Shown piece by piece: positions 1-9,407 of a DNA stretch of 64,000 nt (position 1 is its first letter; every line of letters begins with the position of its first letter). The notes under the pieces are model-generated. The model did no database searches, was not told the DNA's origin, and saw only the letters and a list, made by a program, of their open reading frames with translations. The position numbers and the translations under genes are program-made. Source of the DNA: Minisyncoccota bacterium (lineage in GTDB: Bacteria > Patescibacteriota > Minisyncoccia > Phycocordibacterales > JBAYLF01); NCBI GenBank assembly GCA_041664205.1, contig JBAYLF010000003.1:7349-71348 (forward strand), written 5' to 3'.

Positions 1-1116
1 GCCATTATCTCTTCCATCTGACGAAATTGAGATCAATAAATTATTTTCGGCCAAATTTTTGAGTGCAGAAAGGGCAAGTTCCTGATTTCTTCCGCCTTTT
101 CCTTGTCCTGAAAAAGTTACAGTAGTTTCCCCACCCCAAAACAAAACGCTTTTGTTTGGATTATTTTTAATTTCTTCAATTACCATCTTTCCGACATCTC
201 TTGCCTCTCCCTTAAAACAGTCTGAACATATTCTGACATCAAACCCAAGCTCTCGAGCTTTGTCTTGCATCGCATTAAGAGCAAGTTCGTTCGTCACTAA
301 CATAATATTATATACTTTTTCAAAATATTTATCTTCCTTAGGAGTTTCAGTTAATCCACAACTATCAATATTGCAAACTTTTAAAACATTATATTTATCA
401 AGAATCTTATTTGCATCTTCCACGGTAGTAGAATCTTTCATGGTCGGACCAGAAGAGATAAAAGCTGGGTCTCCACCCGGCACATCAGAGAAAATCATTG
501 ATATAACTTCTGCAGGATACGCATATTTAGCGAGAAAACCGCCTCTTGCCAAAGACAAGTGCTTTCTTAAGGTATTCAATTCTTCAATTGTAACGCCAGA
601 ATTCGTAAGAGCTTTAAAAATCAACTGTTCATGCTCGCTTGTGCCGCCATTTTCAGGCTGACAAAGCAATGTTGAGCCTCCACCAGAAACCACCATTACA
701 AAAAGATCGTTTTCTTCGCGTTGTTTTAAAAGTTTTATTATTTCAGAGGTCGCTTTTATATTTACGTCTGACGGAAGCGGATGGGTTCCAGTAAAATGTC
801 TTATTTTTTTAAGTGTATACTTTCCGAGAGGCTTAACATCCAAAGCAATTCCATCTAAAATCCTATCACCTAAAACTTCTTCAATAACAACTGAGGCTTC
901 AGTCGCGCATTTTCCTATACAAATTACAAAAACCCGCCTATTTTCAAGCGGAAAATTTTTACCTTTTACAAAAATCTCGCCATTTTCAATTTTAAAATTA
1001 TTTTTTAGCACAGAAAAAGTATCTATTGATCTCAAACCTTCTTCTGCTATAAGCAGGATATTTTTTCTTTCTTCTGTTACTGCCAGTTCATCAAAATTTT
1101 TTATTTTTTGCTCCAT
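1..1116 (-). CDS. Glycerate 2-kinase (GckA/TtuD, DUF4147+MOFRL family), 3' end runs off the window
   Basis: Manual translation from ATG at 1116 (MEQKIKNFDEL...) is open to base 1, with family motifs IGKCA, GTHPLP, VSGGGSTL, RKHLSLARGG, SDVPG, SSGPT, GGETTV, GGRNQE, SDGRD. Not in the ORF track. Confidence 0.9.
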   Translation of the reverse strand, partial: MEQKIKNFDELAVTEERKNILLIAEEGLRSIDTFSVLKNNFKIENGEIFVKGKNFPLENRRVFVICIGKCATEASVVIEEVLGDRILDGIALDVKPLGKYTLKKIRHFTGTHPLPSDVNIKATSEIIKLLKQREENDLFVMVVSGGGSTLLCQPENGGTSEHEQLIFKALTNSGVTIEELNTLRKHLSLARGGFLAKYAYPAEVISMIFSDVPGGDPAFISSGPTMKDSTTVEDANKILDKYNVLKVCNIDSCGLTETPKEDKYFEKVYNIMLVTNELALNAMQDKARELGFDVRICSDCFKGEARDVGKMVIEEIKNNPNKSVLFWGGETTVTFSGQGKGGRNQELALSALKNLAENNLLISISSDGRDNG

Positions 1117-1171
1117 GAAAACTTTTTTAGAATAAATTTATTCTATTATAACTAATATAGTTAATGAATAC

Positions 1172-1204
1172 AAAAAAACCCCGATACATTTTATTGTATC
1201 GGGG
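1172..1204 (-). terminator. Intrinsic terminator of the 1249-1743 gene
   Basis: CCCCGATACA/TGTATCGGGG stem, with a T-tract on the minus strand. Confidence 0.75.
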
Positions 1205-1248
1205 AAGAAAGTTTAAAGTTATACTTTCCAAAACTTGAGTTAAAGTTT

Positions 1249-1743
1249 CTAACTTGCGAAGCAAGCCGCGGGATTGTCATTAAACCAATAGTCATCGAGA
1301 CGGCGCCACTTAATCCAAATCCAACCTAGATCACTTTGAATGCATGGAACATGGAAATATCCAAACCTGTCCATCACAACGGACTTCCAAAAAAATATTG
1401 TTTTGTCTCCAACAAATTTTTGGAAAACTCCAATAGCTTTCTTCTGAACTTCTAAAACATCCTCAAAACCAAAACATCTATTAATGATGTTAATATCCTT
1501 AAGATGTTCGTAAATACGAATACCTCTTATACATTTTTCATCTTTCTGTCCTTCGTAAAGATAAAGTTCAACCTTTGTGAAGTCATACTCTGTCGGTCCA
1601 AGAATTTTCAATTCAGGATCCGCAAGACATACAAAATCAGGTGGTAAAACAAGACAAACAGAACGATCGACACAAATGATAGTATTAAGTAAATACTGTT
1701 CTTCTAAAGTAAATGATTGGATATCATAGATTTTCTGCATCAT
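1249..1743 (-). CDS. Hypothetical protein with Trp-rich C-terminus (WIWIKWRRLDDYWFNDNPAA)
   Basis: 164-aa ORF with strong SD AAGGAGG (tcctcctt 1751-1758) and a downstream terminator. Confidence 0.7.
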   Translation of the reverse strand: MMQKIYDIQSFTLEEQYLLNTIICVDRSVCLVLPPDFVCLADPELKILGPTEYDFTKVELYLYEGQKDEKCIRGIRIYEHLKDINIINRCFGFEDVLEVQKKAIGVFQKFVGDKTIFFWKSVVMDRFGYFHVPCIQSDLGWIWIKWRRLDDYWFNDNPAACFAS

Positions 1744-1795
1744 AATAATTTCCTCCTTAAGTAAAAATTTGAGTCTTGTTGTGGGTTAATATAAT

Positions 1796-1972
1796 TTAGT
1801 CTTTTTTTGACTCCTTGATGATTTCATCAATAGCCCAAAAACCAAAAAAAACACCCAACCACACAAATATTCCCGCCAAGCTTCCTGCAAATCCTCCCAC
1901 AATAGGACAACTTACTAAACCTGTTGCAATACCAAGTGAAACAGAAGAAAAAGAAGATATCATCGCTTTCAT
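1796..1972 (-). CDS. Small Gly-rich hydrophobic protein, 58 aa
   Basis: MKAMISSFSSVSLGIATGLVSCPIVGGFAGSLAGIFVWLGVFFGFWAIDEIIKESKKD; SD-like AAAGGTG upstream; promoter TTGACA(2051-2056)-16bp-TAGATT(2029-2034); below the ORF-track length cutoff. Confidence 0.6.
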   Translation of the reverse strand: MKAMISSFSSVSLGIATGLVSCPIVGGFAGSLAGIFVWLGVFFGFWAIDEIIKESKKD

Positions 1973-2094
1973 TTTTTTACACCTTTCTTGTTTTTCTTAA
2001 AGCTGAATTGCTTCAAAGAACTACTGATAATCTACATTAAATAAGCATTTTGTCAATGGTTTTTACCCTAACTTTCAATGTTACAATTATTGTT

Positions 2095-2739
2095 ATGAAA
2101 ATCAAAAAAAGCGAAGTAACAATGTTTTTAATAGTTTTATTATCATTTTTAGTTGGCGCTTACTTTTATCCGCAAATGCCAGAAAGAATAGCCTCGCATT
2201 GGGATTATAGAGGCGAAGTAAACGGTGAAATGAACAGATTTTGGGGAACATTCTTGATGCCTATGATCTCCCTTTTGATGCTGGCTCTTTTTATGATAAT
2301 CCCTAGAATTGATCCTCTGAAAGAAAACATCGCACAATTCAGAAAATACTTTGATAATTTCATTGTTCTGATCGCTTCTTTCCTTTTCTATATTTACATT
2401 CTTACAATAATGTGGAATTTAGGGATAAAAATAAATATCATTGAATTTATGTCGCCTGCGCTTGGAATACTCTTCTATTACTGCGGAATACTTATTGAAA
2501 ACTCAAAAATGAACTGGTCTATCGGCATCAGAACTCCATGGACACTATCTAGCGAGAAAGTTTGGGATAAAACTCACGCACTAGGCGGTAAATTATTCAA
2601 AATAGTCGGTATCATTTCCCTCTTTGGAACATTCTTTCCTGATTTCGCAATCGCTTTGATACTTATTCCTATAATTTTGGTCACTGTCTACATTTTCCTA
2701 TATTCTTATTTGGAATACAGAAAAGAAATAGTGAGATAA
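2095..2739 (+). CDS. SdpI/YhfL-family membrane protein (DUF1648 + SdpI domain)
   Basis: MPERIASHW..GEVNG and NWSIGIRTPWTLSSEKVWDKTH motifs; multiple TM helices; ATG at 2095 preferred over TTG at 2050. Confidence 0.88.
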   Translation: MKIKKSEVTMFLIVLLSFLVGAYFYPQMPERIASHWDYRGEVNGEMNRFWGTFLMPMISLLMLALFMIIPRIDPLKENIAQFRKYFDNFIVLIASFLFYIYILTIMWNLGIKINIIEFMSPALGILFYYCGILIENSKMNWSIGIRTPWTLSSEKVWDKTHALGGKLFKIVGIISLFGTFFPDFAIALILIPIILVTVYIFLYSYLEYRKEIVR

Positions 2740-2767
2740 TAAAAATAAATAAACTATCGATCAAAAA

Positions 2768-3292
2768 ATGTTAAAAAATATCAAATTAGATTTTAATGCT
2801 ATTTTAGAAAGAGATCCTGCTGTAAAAAGTAAATTAGAAGCAATTTTATGCTATTCAGGATTTCACGCATTAATAATTCATCGTATAAGTCATAAAATTT
2901 GGCAACATGATTTTAAACTTATTGCACGAATATTATCTCAAATAAGCAGACATTGGACTGGGGTAGAAATTCATCCTGGTGCTTCTATTGGAAATGGAAT
3001 TTTTATAGATCATGGAATGGGAATAGTAATTGGCGAAACATCTATTATAGAAGACAATGTAACTATATTTCATGGAGTTACTATTGGTGGTGGTCGAGGT
3101 GGACATCAAGGCAAACGCCACCCGACAATAAAATCTGGGGTAATAATAGGCGCAGGATCATCTGTCCTAGGCCCCATTGTTATTGGAGTAAATTCAAAAG
3201 TTGGTGCAGGAGCGGTCGTAATAAAAGATATTCCAGATAATTCAACTGTTATTGGAATACCGCCGTCTCAAAAAATCATGATGAATAAATAA
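2768..3292 (+). CDS. cysE: Serine O-acetyltransferase (CysE/EpsC type)
   Basis: [26 protein letters not shown] hexapeptide-repeat motifs. Confidence 0.9.
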   Translation: MLKNIKLDFNAILERDPAVKSKLEAILCYSGFHALIIHRISHKIWQHDFKLIARILSQISRHWTGVEIHPGASIGNGIFIDHGMGIVIGETSIIEDNVTIFHGVTIGGGRGGHQGKRHPTIKSGVIIGAGSSVLGPIVIGVNSKVGAGAVVIKDIPDNSTVIGIPPSQKIMMNK

Positions 3293-3353
3293 GAATAGTA
3301 TCACCGCATGCAATTTGCATGATAAATTTTACACAAGCAAAATCACAAAAATC

Positions 3354-4592
3354 TTACTCATATCTAAGAGCCTCTATCGGGCTCTTTTTTGACGCTTGAA
3401 GCGCAGGATATGAACCAAAAATAATTCCAATTCCAACTGAACTTACAAGTCCAATAACAGAAGCGGTTATTGGAATACTATATGCAAGCGAAGTTCCTAA
3501 AAATAAACCGATAAGAAATGTAGCAACAACTGACAATCCAAACCCTATCAAAAGTCCAACTACTCCTCCAAAAAAAGTAAGAATCATAGCTTCAAAAAGA
3601 AACTGCAATAAAATATCATTATCAGTTGCACCAATCGCCTTTCTTAAACCAATCTCTTTCGTTCGTTCAGAAACCGACACAAGCATAATATTCATTATTC
3701 CAATTCCTCCTACAACAAGTGATATAGCGACAACAAAGGTAAGAAAAACTGTGAACATATTTATAATGCTCGAAACCTGTTTTATTAATCCTTGTTGTGT
3801 TTGCACAGAAAAATCATCTTTGGTTGGATCAGTTATTTTATGCATATCTCTAAGTAGAGTTTTTATTTCATAAACAGTGCTATCAACTGTTTCAGGAGAT
3901 GACGCTCTCACAGCTATCTGATTATAATATTTTATTCCCATAAGATATGTTTGGGCTGTGGTGTAAGGAACAAGAACTAACTCATCGACATTAAAAAATA
4001 CAACTTGTCCTCTGGGATCAAAAATACCAATGACTCTAAACTTCTGACGAGAAATCTCAATATTTTTTCCTATTGGATCTTCATTACCAAAAAGTTGTTC
4101 TTTTACTTTTGTTCCTATTATCGCCACCTTAGCATTATCTTTTATATCCGAGTCGTAAAAAATATCTCCTTGAGAAACTTTTAAATCTAAAACATTTACC
4201 ATAAATGAAGCTGTAAATCCTAAGACCATCGGTCGGTAAGTTTGATTTTGATATGACGCACTTTTTCCTGCAACTAAAACTTCTGGCGCCACATCAACAA
4301 TATTTGGAATATTAGAAATTGCATCAAGTTCACGCTTCTTAAGTGAATCGGAAAAAAGTATTGATGCCATATCACTAGGACCTGTTGGTTCCTTTCCTGG
4401 GCGAATAATTATTGTTTCCGCACCAAGTCCACCAAGTTCGCCTACTATTACCTTTGAAGCATTTTCGCCAAGTGCAGAGATCATAACAATCGCTGCAACT
4501 CCAACAACAATACCTAAGATAGTTAAAACTGATCTTGATTTGTGAACCAAGAGTCCCCCGCTTGCTGATTTTATACGGTCTATGATTGTCAT
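3354..4592 (-). CDS. MacB/FtsX-family ABC transporter permease
   Basis: RSVLTILGIVVGV, GGIGIMNIMLVSVSERTKEIGLRKAIGA, PIEALRYE. Confidence 0.93.
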   Translation of the reverse strand: MTIIDRIKSASGGLLVHKSRSVLTILGIVVGVAAIVMISALGENASKVIVGELGGLGAETIIIRPGKEPTGPSDMASILFSDSLKKRELDAISNIPNIVDVAPEVLVAGKSASYQNQTYRPMVLGFTASFMVNVLDLKVSQGDIFYDSDIKDNAKVAIIGTKVKEQLFGNEDPIGKNIEISRQKFRVIGIFDPRGQVVFFNVDELVLVPYTTAQTYLMGIKYYNQIAVRASSPETVDSTVYEIKTLLRDMHKITDPTKDDFSVQTQQGLIKQVSSIINMFTVFLTFVVAISLVVGGIGIMNIMLVSVSERTKEIGLRKAIGATDNDILLQFLFEAMILTFFGGVVGLLIGFGLSVVATFLIGLFLGTSLAYSIPITASVIGLVSSVGIGIIFGSYPALQASKKSPIEALRYE

Positions 4593-4595
4593 AAT

Positions 4596-5315
4596 TTACT
4601 TAATCGTATGATTTCCACCAGCTAATAATCGCTCACTTACAGGAATAATTTTGTCGCTTGCTATTTCTCCATCTAAAATATTTATAATTCTTTTTGCGTG
4701 TCTTGCCGTGCCAGTTTCGTGCGTAATAAGAATAATAGTATGCTTTTCATTATCATTAAGCTTCTGAAGAATATTTATAATTGATTCGCCAGATTTGGAG
4801 TCAAGATTTCCTGTTGGTTCATCGGCAAAAATAACTTGAGGATTGTTGATAAGAGCTCTCGCTATCGCCACTCTTTGTTTTTCTCCGCCAGATAAGTGCA
4901 TCGTCATCGCGTCTTTTCTGTGAGTAAGTCCTACTTTCTCAATAGTATCAGTAACAATTTTATCCCATTCAGATCTTTTAACATCAGAATAAAAAAGTGG
5001 CAATTTAACATTTTCAAAAACACTCACAGTGGGAAGCAGATTAAACATCTGAAAAACAAAACCGAATTTTTTATTCCTAATTTTAGCAATTTCATAATCG
5101 GAAAATTCATTCACATTTTTACCTTCAAGCTTATAAACGCCACCAGACATCGGATCAAGCAACCCTAGAAGATGAAGCATCGTAGATTTTCCAGAGCCAG
5201 ACGGTCCCATGATCGCAACGAATTCCCCATCTTCTACGTCAAAAGATACGCCACGCAATGCTTTTGTTCCATCATCGTATTCTTTTTTTAAATCTCTTAC
5301 TTCTATTAGAGCCAT
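4596..5315 (-). CDS. MacB/LolD-type ABC transporter ATPase
   Basis: Walker A GPSGSGKST, LSGGEKQRVAIARAL, ADEPTGNLD. Confidence 0.95.
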   Translation of the reverse strand: MALIEVRDLKKEYDDGTKALRGVSFDVEDGEFVAIMGPSGSGKSTMLHLLGLLDPMSGGVYKLEGKNVNEFSDYEIAKIRNKKFGFVFQMFNLLPTVSVFENVKLPLFYSDVKRSEWDKIVTDTIEKVGLTHRKDAMTMHLSGGEKQRVAIARALINNPQVIFADEPTGNLDSKSGESIINILQKLNDNEKHTIILITHETGTARHAKRIINILDGEIASDKIIPVSERLLAGGNHTIK

Positions 5316-5341
5316 AACTTTTATTTAATTTTAATTAAGTT

Positions 5342-6901
5342 CTAATTATTCTTTACGAAGATTATAACTTTGTCATTCTCATTAATACCACTTAAAATTT
5401 CTGAATTTCCATCAGTTCCTCTAAGTCCTACCTGAATCTCTTTTTTAACAGATTGCCCGTTCTCCAAAATATTAACGTATTTTATTCCTGACTCATCAAA
5501 AGCAGAGCGGCTTGGAATAATTAAAACATTCTGTTTTTTATTTGTAACAATATTAATATTCGCAGTCATTCCTGATTTTATCCTGTCATCTTTTTGTTTA
5601 AATTGTAAAACAGTTTTGTATGTAGGCACTCCTTCAATGATCTTAGCGTCCGGCTCAACTGAACTTACAACCGCTTCAAACAAAACGCCATCACCATAAG
5701 CATCAAGCGTAACCTCTGCTGACTGTCCAACTTTTATTTTTGCAATATCAGATTCTGGAATATTGGATTCTATTTCAAATTGTGCGCTGGAGTTTATGGA
5801 AATAACAGAAACTTGTGCTGTTGCGATCTCGCCTCTTTTTGCATTTTGTTTTGCCACAACTCCGTCAATCGGAGAATAGATTACATATTTTCCTAATTCA
5901 GCCTTAACGTTATCAAAACTTGCCTGTGCTATATTAACGTTTGCCTGTTGCGCTTTTATATCTTCAGGTGTTGAACCTGCCTTTTTTACTACAAGATTTT
6001 GGTTTGCAACATCAAGCGTAGACTTTGCTGTTTTAAGTTTTTCTGTAGCAGCAGAAAGATTTGATATGGCAGCATTAGTACTTGTTCTAGACGCAGAAAC
6101 ATCTGCTTTGTATGCATCTATAGTCGTTTGCGAAACATTAGAATTTGGAGTCATACTGTTTATAAGATCCGCCACATCATCAAGGTAGTTATTAATGCTT
6201 GAAAGATAAGCTTGAGCGCTTGATGCAGCTATCTCTAAATCAGAATTCAAATTTGTTTTATTAACAAGATCAGAAAAATTATTTAAGGTGCTTTCCATAG
6301 TTACACGTCCATTTTCAACTTTTGATTTTAAATCGGAAAAAGGAGTAATAAAACTAAGTTGAGGATTAGGTCCTCGCGGATTGCTCATAAATTGATCAAC
6401 TTGATTATGAATCGAATCGTCTGATCTTGTGTAAGAATCATTTATTTTATCAAAAAGATTTTGTTTTGAATCATTGTATGAAACTACGGCATTATTAGCC
6501 TGAATTTCAACCAAACGTATTTCCTCCGGTCTAGTTCCAACTTTTAATTCATCTAATTTCGCTTGTTCAGCTTCAAGTTTAGCTTTTGCTTGTTCTATTT
6601 GTGATTCTATATCTGAATTTCCCAAAGAAGCTAAAACTGCCCCAGAATAAACATAGTCTCCAACTGAAACATTAACCTCAGAAATCCTTCCTGACTTTTC
6701 AAATGCTAAATCAACGCTATGCGAAGGCTTTACAGTTCCAGTTGAACTAACTTCTTCAACTACATCTGCTTTTTTAACAGTCTCAGTTTCATATTTTGCT
6801 AAATTCTTCTGATTTAAATAATATTTGTAAGCAAGCGCAGAGAACGCTAAAACTATAACAACTATAGGAATTATAAATTTTATCAATACATCTTTTTTCA
6901 T
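5342..6901 (-). CDS. MacA-like periplasmic adaptor (membrane fusion protein) with long helical hairpin
   Basis: N-terminal TM, SGRISEVNVSVGD, SPIDGVV, ESDIAKIKVGQ, IKSGMTA. Confidence 0.88.
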   Translation of the reverse strand: MKKDVLIKFIIPIVVIVLAFSALAYKYYLNQKNLAKYETETVKKADVVEEVSSTGTVKPSHSVDLAFEKSGRISEVNVSVGDYVYSGAVLASLGNSDIESQIEQAKAKLEAEQAKLDELKVGTRPEEIRLVEIQANNAVVSYNDSKQNLFDKINDSYTRSDDSIHNQVDQFMSNPRGPNPQLSFITPFSDLKSKVENGRVTMESTLNNFSDLVNKTNLNSDLEIAASSAQAYLSSINNYLDDVADLINSMTPNSNVSQTTIDAYKADVSASRTSTNAAISNLSAATEKLKTAKSTLDVANQNLVVKKAGSTPEDIKAQQANVNIAQASFDNVKAELGKYVIYSPIDGVVAKQNAKRGEIATAQVSVISINSSAQFEIESNIPESDIAKIKVGQSAEVTLDAYGDGVLFEAVVSSVEPDAKIIEGVPTYKTVLQFKQKDDRIKSGMTANINIVTNKKQNVLIIPSRSAFDESGIKYVNILENGQSVKKEIQVGLRGTDGNSEILSGINENDKVIIFVKNN

Positions 6902-6906
6902 AAGTT

Positions 6907-7158
6907 TTATTTAATTTTATTTTTTTTAATTATTGTTTTAATTGCATCAAGATGTTCCGACAAATTGGAAGCAAACTGTTCTAATTTTGAAAATTTAGAC
7001 AAAACAATCATATCCGAGTCCATTCCTAAAACAAGAAGTTTATCGCCTTTTTTAAGATCCATATTTTGTCTAGCTTCAATCGGAATTACCGCCTGTCCTT
7101 TCTCACCAATAGTCGTAGTGCCATAAAAATGCTTATTTACATTTATTGGTTTTTTCAT
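6907..7158 (-). CDS. AbrB/MazE/SpoVT-family DNA-binding protein heading the exporter operon
   Basis: TTIGEKGQAVIPIEARQNMDLKKGDKL swapped-hairpin signature. Confidence 0.88.
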   Translation of the reverse strand: MKKPINVNKHFYGTTTIGEKGQAVIPIEARQNMDLKKGDKLLVLGMDSDMIVLSKFSKLEQFASNLSEHLDAIKTIIKKNKIK

Positions 7159-7197
7159 ATTTAATAATAGCTTAATATTTTTTTAATTTATACCAAT

Positions 7198-7231
7198 AGT
7201 ATACAACAATTTAAAAATCATACAAGTATGA
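7198..7231 (-). promoter_or_regulatory. Promoter of the AbrB-MacAB operon with palindromic putative operator TCATAC-AA-GTATGA over the -35 box
   Basis: -10 TATACT (7198-7203), -35 TTGTAT (7220-7225), perfect inverted repeat at 7218-7231. Confidence 0.5.
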
Positions 7232-7279
7232 AAAGTAAGTCTCGATAATCATTTTTATTGATAATGGTATAATTTAAAA

Positions 7280-7654
7280 ATGAGTAAAATATACGAACAT
7301 AAAAAAATCATATTTATAGCAATAATAATTATTATAATCTTTGTTTTTATTATTAAAAACAAAGAAAAAAATGCTCCTGCTTCAACACTGGATGAGTTTG
7401 CGAAATGCCTTACGCAAAAAGGAATAATAATGTATGGCACATTCTGGTGTCCTCATTGTCAAAATCAAAAAACAAAATTTGAAGATTCATTCAAATATAT
7501 TACATATATTGAGTGCACTATTAACTTCAAAATATGCACAAATGCAGGGGTCAATGGTCTTCCAACATGGATATTATCAAATGGACAAAAATTAGAAGGC
7601 GAACAGACTCTTGAAAAATTGTCCGAACAATCAAACTGTCCATTAAAGCAATAG
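7280..7654 (+). CDS. Membrane-anchored thioredoxin/glutaredoxin-like protein (VKOR-associated type)
   Basis: FAKCL..KG..MYGTFWCPHC, YIEC, GLPTW. Confidence 0.85.
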   Translation: MSKIYEHKKIIFIAIIIIIIFVFIIKNKEKNAPASTLDEFAKCLTQKGIIMYGTFWCPHCQNQKTKFEDSFKYITYIECTINFKICTNAGVNGLPTWILSNGQKLEGEQTLEKLSEQSNCPLKQ

Positions 7655-7740
7655 ACAAAATACGGATTTTATATCCAAAAATTGAAAATTAGATATTCTA
7701 ACAACTTGCTGATATAATTTTTGAATAAATTTGAATAAAA

Positions 7741-8625
7741 ATGTTTAAATTTGATTCAGAAATTAAAAAACAAGTCTCATTAATTATTGTTTTTACTGTT
7801 TTTATAGTGATGTCATATTTTTTCAATGCTGCCATTTATACATACAAACAATCAAAACAACAAACAGCGCTAGTATCTCAAGAATTCATATCCACAACTG
7901 AAAAAACAAATACCGAAATCTTAAAAAATCAACCGACCGAAATTACACCTGAAGGTTCTATAAAAGTTCCAATTATTGTATATCACAGTGTAAGACCTTA
8001 TTACGAAGGTCAAACATTAGAAGAAAAAGAATTTAGTATTACTCCAGACTCATTTGAAAAACAGCTTCAGTATTTAAAAGATAATGGTTACACTACAATT
8101 GCACTTCAAGACATCGCCTTAAGTCTAACTCAAAATAAAAAACTACCTTTAAAACCAATCTCGATTAATTTTGACGACGGATGGGAAAATCAATATGTTT
8201 ATGCCTTTCCTTTACTTAAAAAATACGGATTTACTGCCACATTCTTTGTTTATACAAACACTATAAATCATAGAAATTATTTAACATTAGAACAGTTATT
8301 AGAATTAGATCGCGCTGGCATGGAAATTGGCGATCATACTAAATCCCATCCGTATCTGTTTAAAATAACTGACCCTATAGAACTGCGCGAGGAAATTGTG
8401 GTTAGTAAAGAAAACTTAGAGAAAATCCTTGGAAAAAAAGTTAATGTTTTTTCATACCCATTTGGCAATTCTTCCCCAGAATCTATAGAAATAATAAAAG
8501 AAGCAGGATTTACATTGGCTCGCACTGGATATTGGGGAAAATATCACACATTAAATGATATCTATACTATAAAAAGTATGCAGGTGTCTGAGGACTTTGA
8601 AAAGTTTTTGGGTCTTTTAAAATAA
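7741..8625 (+). CDS. Polysaccharide deacetylase (CE4/NodB fold), membrane-anchored
   Basis: VPIIVYH, NFDDGW, EIGDHTKSH, FSYPFG. Confidence 0.92.
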   Translation: MFKFDSEIKKQVSLIIVFTVFIVMSYFFNAAIYTYKQSKQQTALVSQEFISTTEKTNTEILKNQPTEITPEGSIKVPIIVYHSVRPYYEGQTLEEKEFSITPDSFEKQLQYLKDNGYTTIALQDIALSLTQNKKLPLKPISINFDDGWENQYVYAFPLLKKYGFTATFFVYTNTINHRNYLTLEQLLELDRAGMEIGDHTKSHPYLFKITDPIELREEIVVSKENLEKILGKKVNVFSYPFGNSSPESIEIIKEAGFTLARTGYWGKYHTLNDIYTIKSMQVSEDFEKFLGLLK

Positions 8626-8629
8626 TTGC

Positions 8630-9274
8630 TTAGTTTATAGAATCCAAACTTTTAGCGGAATTAACAGAAAAATTTCCAATAGAAATTCGGCGGAGATTAT
8701 TTAAAGTTGCAACAGTTTCAAGACGTTCACCAAACTCCTCGGTTATGCTTCTTATGTAAGTTCCGCTTTTTACTTTGAAAGAAATTTCAACAAGATTATT
8801 TTCAGGATCAAAATTCAATAATTGCGCATTAAGAACGGTCATTATTTTTTTAGGTGGTTCTATCTCTTCTTTTTGTCTCGCATATTTATAAAGAGGTTTT
8901 CCTTTTATTTTAATTGCGGAATAAATAGGCACACGAATTTCAATTTCCCCTTCAAGACTTTTTAAAATCTCCTTAATCTTTTCTAATGAAATATTTGTAA
9001 CAGGCTTACTTTCGATAACTTCACCGCAAATATCACCAGTAGAAGTTTTTATTCCTAACAAGATTTCGGCAATATACTCTTTCGACATTCCAAGGAGTTC
9101 ATGCAATTTTTTTGTGCCATTCCCTACTCCAATAAGAAGAAGTCCTGTAGCATTAGGATCGAGAGTTCCAGCATGTCCCATTTTTCTGACTTTTAATTTT
9201 TTACGCAAAATCCGGATCACATCAAAAGAAGTGATTCCTTTAGGCTTATCTATTAAAAGTAATTCCTCAGTCAT
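8630..9274 (-). CDS. truB: tRNA pseudouridine(55) synthase TruB
   Basis: DKPKGITS, GHAGTLDPNATG, YSAIKIKGKPLY, SGTYIRS. Confidence 0.93.
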   Translation of the reverse strand: MTEELLLIDKPKGITSFDVIRILRKKLKVRKMGHAGTLDPNATGLLLIGVGNGTKKLHELLGMSKEYIAEILLGIKTSTGDICGEVIESKPVTNISLEKIKEILKSLEGEIEIRVPIYSAIKIKGKPLYKYARQKEEIEPPKKIMTVLNAQLLNFDPENNLVEISFKVKSGTYIRSITEEFGERLETVATLNNLRRISIGNFSVNSAKSLDSIN

Positions 9275-9285
9275 TTTAATTTTTC

Positions 9286-9407
9286 AGAACTTGAATGTTT
9301 GGATGCAGTTCGAGGCGCGAGTGCGGAGCGAACCGAGCAATATTCGGAGTATTGTGAGGGAGCACCGCAAGCGAGCAACGAAGAAATGCGCCAAACATAC
9401 AAGTTCT
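9286..9407. repeat. ERIC-like palindromic element (copy A), overlapping the pyrG stop codon
   Basis: Terminal inverted repeat AGAACTTG(A/T)ATGTTTGG; GC-rich interior with GAGGCG...GAGCAATAT-TCGGA-GTATTGTGAG...AACGAAG core. Confidence 0.7.

Noticed and set aside
152-661. 169-aa plus-strand ORF in the track
   Set aside because: Antisense shadow of the minus-strand glycerate kinase gene (1-1116)
1815-2000. 61-aa plus-strand ORF
   Set aside because: The opposite-strand 58-aa ORF has the promoter, SD and operon context
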